The notes under the pieces: generated by a model | What the model was told of the DNA's origin: nothing | Databases searched by the model: none | Seen by the model: only the letters and a program-made list of their open reading frames with translations | Program-made: the position numbers and the translations under genes | In this document: piece after piece, positions 61,153 to 64,000 of the stretch | How the letters are laid out: every line of letters starts with the position of its first letter | Numbering within the stretch: the first letter of the stretch is position 1 | Source: Spirochaetia bacterium | GTDB lineage: Bacteria > Spirochaetota > Spirochaetia > CADAEX01 | Direction: 5' to 3' | NCBI GenBank assembly: GCA_963662795.1 | Contig: OY759746.1 | Coordinates: 3,808,001-3,872,000, forward strand | DNA length: 64,000 nucleotides

Positions 61153-62754
61153 ATGAACAAAATCGATATCATAAATCCGCCCAGCAATATCAAAACAAAA
61201 ATCACCCTGCTTTCAACAGGAGTCGTTTTCATATCGCTCATCATGGTTGCGCTTCTTCTCGGCCAGTTTTCCTTTGTAAAGGTGGAAACCCTGCTTGATA
61301 ACCATGTCATGAATATAGCGAGAACAGTTTCGCTTATCCCTGATATAAAAAAGAATATCGGAACGGAAAACGGGGATGAGATAATCCAGCCTATAACAGA
61401 GAACATCAGGAAAAAGACAGGAACAGAATACATAATTGTATTTGACTATCAGAGAAAAAAATATTCAGATCCGGTTGTTTCAGAGATAGGAAAGGAGATA
61501 TCGGGATGGGACTGGATGGATGTGCTTCTGGGGAGAGAATACATTCTTAAGGCATCAACACCTGCAGGTCCCATCCTTAAAGCCTATGTGCCTGTAGTCA
61601 ACAATGAAAACAGACAGACAGGAGCAGTTCTTGTTGGAATGATGCTCAAAAATATAAACGACCTGTCTGTTGAAATCAGGTTCAGCATAACAGCTGTAAC
61701 AATTATCGGGCTTTTTATCGGGATGATCGGCTCATCCATCCTTGCAGACAATATCAAAAACACAATGTTTAACCTCGAACCCTATGAAATTGCCACATTT
61801 TTCATGGAATTCGAAGCAGTACTTGAATCAGTCAGGGATGCGATTATAGCTGTTGATGAGAACTGCATGATTACAATGGCAAACGGGGAAGCCAGAAGGA
61901 TGCTCAATGTTGAAAAAATAAACAGGGGAGAAGACCTTAAACTGCTTATGCCCAATTCCAGGCTTCCTGAAGTTATCGAGTCAGGAGAACCCGAGTTTGA
62001 CCAGGAACAGACAATCGGTAACTTCAGGGTAATAGGAAACAAGATCCCGATTGTTATCAAAGGAAAAATTACAGGCGCCATTGCAAGCTACAGGGACATA
62101 ACTGAGATGCTCTCTCTTGCCGAAGAGCTCACCGGAGTAAAGGAATATGTTGAGGCGCTTCGGATCCAGAATCACGAATTCTCAAACAAGATGCACACTC
62201 TTTCGGGGCTTATCCAGCTCGAAGAATACGGCAAGGCGCTTGAATACATATCATCCCAGACAGATATTCACACAAACATCCTTTCTTTTGTCTCAAGAAA
62301 AATCCACAGCGCGGCAGTAGCCGGACTTCTGCTGGGGAAAAGAGGCAAATGCCTTGAGCTGGGCGTTGACTTTACGATTGACCAGGACAGCAACCTTGGA
62401 AGAATAGGCTCAACTGACAGCAGTTCTCTGGTAGTCATAATAGGCAACCTGCTTGAAAACGCCATAACAGCTGTATCAGATAATGAGAAAGATAAGCGTA
62501 AAGTTATTTTCTCCATATTCCATGAACTTGATAAAGTATATATAACTGTAGCTGATAACGGAATCGGGGTTACCTCTGAAGTTGCAAAAAACATTTACAA
62601 CAAGGGGTTCACTACCAAAAAGAACTATAACAGCGGCTACGGACTTTATCTTACAAAATCAATAGTTGACTCCTATGACGGAGAAATCAATTTTGACAGG
62701 AACAAGGACGGAATGACAGAGTTTTTTATAATCCTTCCGATAAAAGAGGTATAG
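61153..62754 (+). CDS. CitA/DctS/MalK-type sensor histidine kinase
   Basis: sCache-like sensor, PAS, LRIQNHEFSNKMH..GL, GNLLENA, GFTTK..GYGL. Confidence 0.9.
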   Translation: MNKIDIINPPSNIKTKITLLSTGVVFISLIMVALLLGQFSFVKVETLLDNHVMNIARTVSLIPDIKKNIGTENGDEIIQPITENIRKKTGTEYIIVFDYQRKKYSDPVVSEIGKEISGWDWMDVLLGREYILKASTPAGPILKAYVPVVNNENRQTGAVLVGMMLKNINDLSVEIRFSITAVTIIGLFIGMIGSSILADNIKNTMFNLEPYEIATFFMEFEAVLESVRDAIIAVDENCMITMANGEARRMLNVEKINRGEDLKLLMPNSRLPEVIESGEPEFDQEQTIGNFRVIGNKIPIVIKGKITGAIASYRDITEMLSLAEELTGVKEYVEALRIQNHEFSNKMHTLSGLIQLEEYGKALEYISSQTDIHTNILSFVSRKIHSAAVAGLLLGKRGKCLELGVDFTIDQDSNLGRIGSTDSSSLVVIIGNLLENAITAVSDNEKDKRKVIFSIFHELDKVYITVADNGIGVTSEVAKNIYNKGFTTKKNYNSGYGLYLTKSIVDSYDGEINFDRNKDGMTEFFIILPIKEV

Positions 62755-62757
62755 GAA

Positions 62758-63438
62758 ATGGATATTCAGGTTCTGATAGTGGAAGACGACCCGATGGTTT
62801 CCGACATCCACAGAAAATTCATCACTTCAATTGATGGTTTTACTGTAACAGGGATAGCGTCAACAGGTAAGGAAGCTCTTGAGATTCTTGATACAAAGGA
62901 TATTAATTTAATCATTCTTGATATATTCATGCCGACAATGGACGGAATTGAGACAATGATAAAGATAAGGGAATCGGGAAAGGATGTTGATATTATCCTG
63001 ATCACTGCCGCTATGGAAGGAGATACTGTAAAACGGTGCCTCAGGTTCGGCGCACTTGACTATATATTGAAACCTTTCAAATTTGAAAGGCTCTGCGCTT
63101 CACTTGAAAATTACAAAAAGATGTATCAGAAAAGATTTGAATATTCGGATAAATATGCCCAAAGCGATATCGATAATCTTCTGCTTACAGCAAGGGATTT
63201 AAACAGCAGCAGTGAACTTCCGAAAGGATTGCAGAACTCGACACTTGAAAAAATTATTGAGAAGATGATTGAACTTGAACATCCCCTTTCAGCAGATGAA
63301 GTCGCAGTAATATGCGGAATTTCAAGAGTGACTGCAAGACGGTATCTTGAGTATCTTTTATACTACGGGAAAGCGGTTATTGAACCTCAGCACCTGAAAG
63401 TCGGAAGGCCTGTAAACAAGTACAGATATCTGAAATAA
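62758..63438 (+). CDS. CitB/DctR-type response regulator
   Basis: VEDDPMV..LDIFMP..KPF; LPKGL..SRVTARRYLEYL..VGRP. Confidence 0.92.
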   Translation: MDIQVLIVEDDPMVSDIHRKFITSIDGFTVTGIASTGKEALEILDTKDINLIILDIFMPTMDGIETMIKIRESGKDVDIILITAAMEGDTVKRCLRFGALDYILKPFKFERLCASLENYKKMYQKRFEYSDKYAQSDIDNLLLTARDLNSSSELPKGLQNSTLEKIIEKMIELEHPLSADEVAVICGISRVTARRYLEYLLYYGKAVIEPQHLKVGRPVNKYRYLK

Positions 63439-63473
63439 TTTTTGCTGCTTCACATCAGTTACGGAGACTATAA

Positions 63474-64000
63474 ATGGAAATAAACTCAATATTCAAAGAT
63501 ATTTTCACAAACAAAAAAACCTTTGTAAACGCTGCAGGTTCAAATGAAGGGACATCTTCGGTTTCTTCATCCGGTCTTGCGGCAGCGGCAGAGAAGATGA
63601 TACTTTCCGCCTCGGGATGGAGAAAAATATTTGCAGGCGGTACGGAAAACAGCGGCCGGAATGTAACTGACGAGGATAAATTGCTCATAGCCGGTGCGGC
63701 AAATGTGTTTCATGCATGGATAAAAAAACGGTACGGAAAAGAAAGGGTGTGTATTGCCGCGGCGCTTGATTCAAGGCCAACCGGAGCGCTCCTCGGGGAA
63801 GCGGCTGTAAGAACGCTTTTATCTCTCGGGGCCGAGGTAAGATATCTTTATATCTGTGCGGCGCCTGAGGTGATGGCATGGGTAAAGCAGAGTGAGGAAA
63901 TTGACGGGTTTATCTATATCTCAGCAAGCCACAATCCTATAGGATATAACGGGATCAAATTCGGGCCTGAGACCGGGGCAGTTCTCGGCGGAAGCGGCTC
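63474..64000 (+). CDS. Phosphohexomutase (PGM/PMM) family protein, 3'-truncated by window edge
   Basis: Open to the window end: MILSASGWRKIF..DSRPTG..ISASHNPIGYNGIKFG; not in ORF track. Confidence 0.85.
   Translation, partial: MEINSIFKDIFTNKKTFVNAAGSNEGTSSVSSSGLAAAAEKMILSASGWRKIFAGGTENSGRNVTDEDKLLIAGAANVFHAWIKKRYGKERVCIAAALDSRPTGALLGEAAVRTLLSLGAEVRYLYICAAPEVMAWVKQSEEIDGFIYISASHNPIGYNGIKFGPETGAVLGGSG

Noticed and set aside
1-64000. CRISPR array, rRNA, prophage, intact integrase or transposase
   Set aside because: No regularly spaced repeats, rRNA-like sequence, phage structural genes or intact recombinase seen.

Overview
64 kb of a bacterial chromosome, most likely a free-living spirochaete. 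The inference rests on flgF-flgG followed by a short rod-binding-only FlgJ, the murC-yicC-cmk-rpoZ-miaA gene order and a divergent phosphohexomutase. 1-15.4 kb is AT-rich accessory DNA: TolC end, an internally deleted IS30-type element, a hybrid kinase plus REC-EAL pair, a SHOCT/LDCC mini-operon, and a chelatase ChlI/ChlD gene split by a -1 frameshift on A9G. It ends in a ~6 kb decayed island integrated at tRNA-Thr(CGT), with a 15-bp direct repeat, a broken integrase, Fic, an MCP and two SpoIIAA/STAS-like genes. 20-28.6 kb is a second insert: a type I R-M operon with a DNA-binding protein and a Doc-type Fic toxin translationally coupled between hsdS and hsdR, followed by attC-like sites and a GFA gene. 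The rest is mostly core genes, including a preQ1-riboswitch-controlled transporter, a HisD with swapped Zn ligands, amrB/amrA, a MoxR-DUF58-transglutaminase-PQQ operon and a CitA/CitB-type two-component system. All calls come from motif reading by eye; no searches were run.
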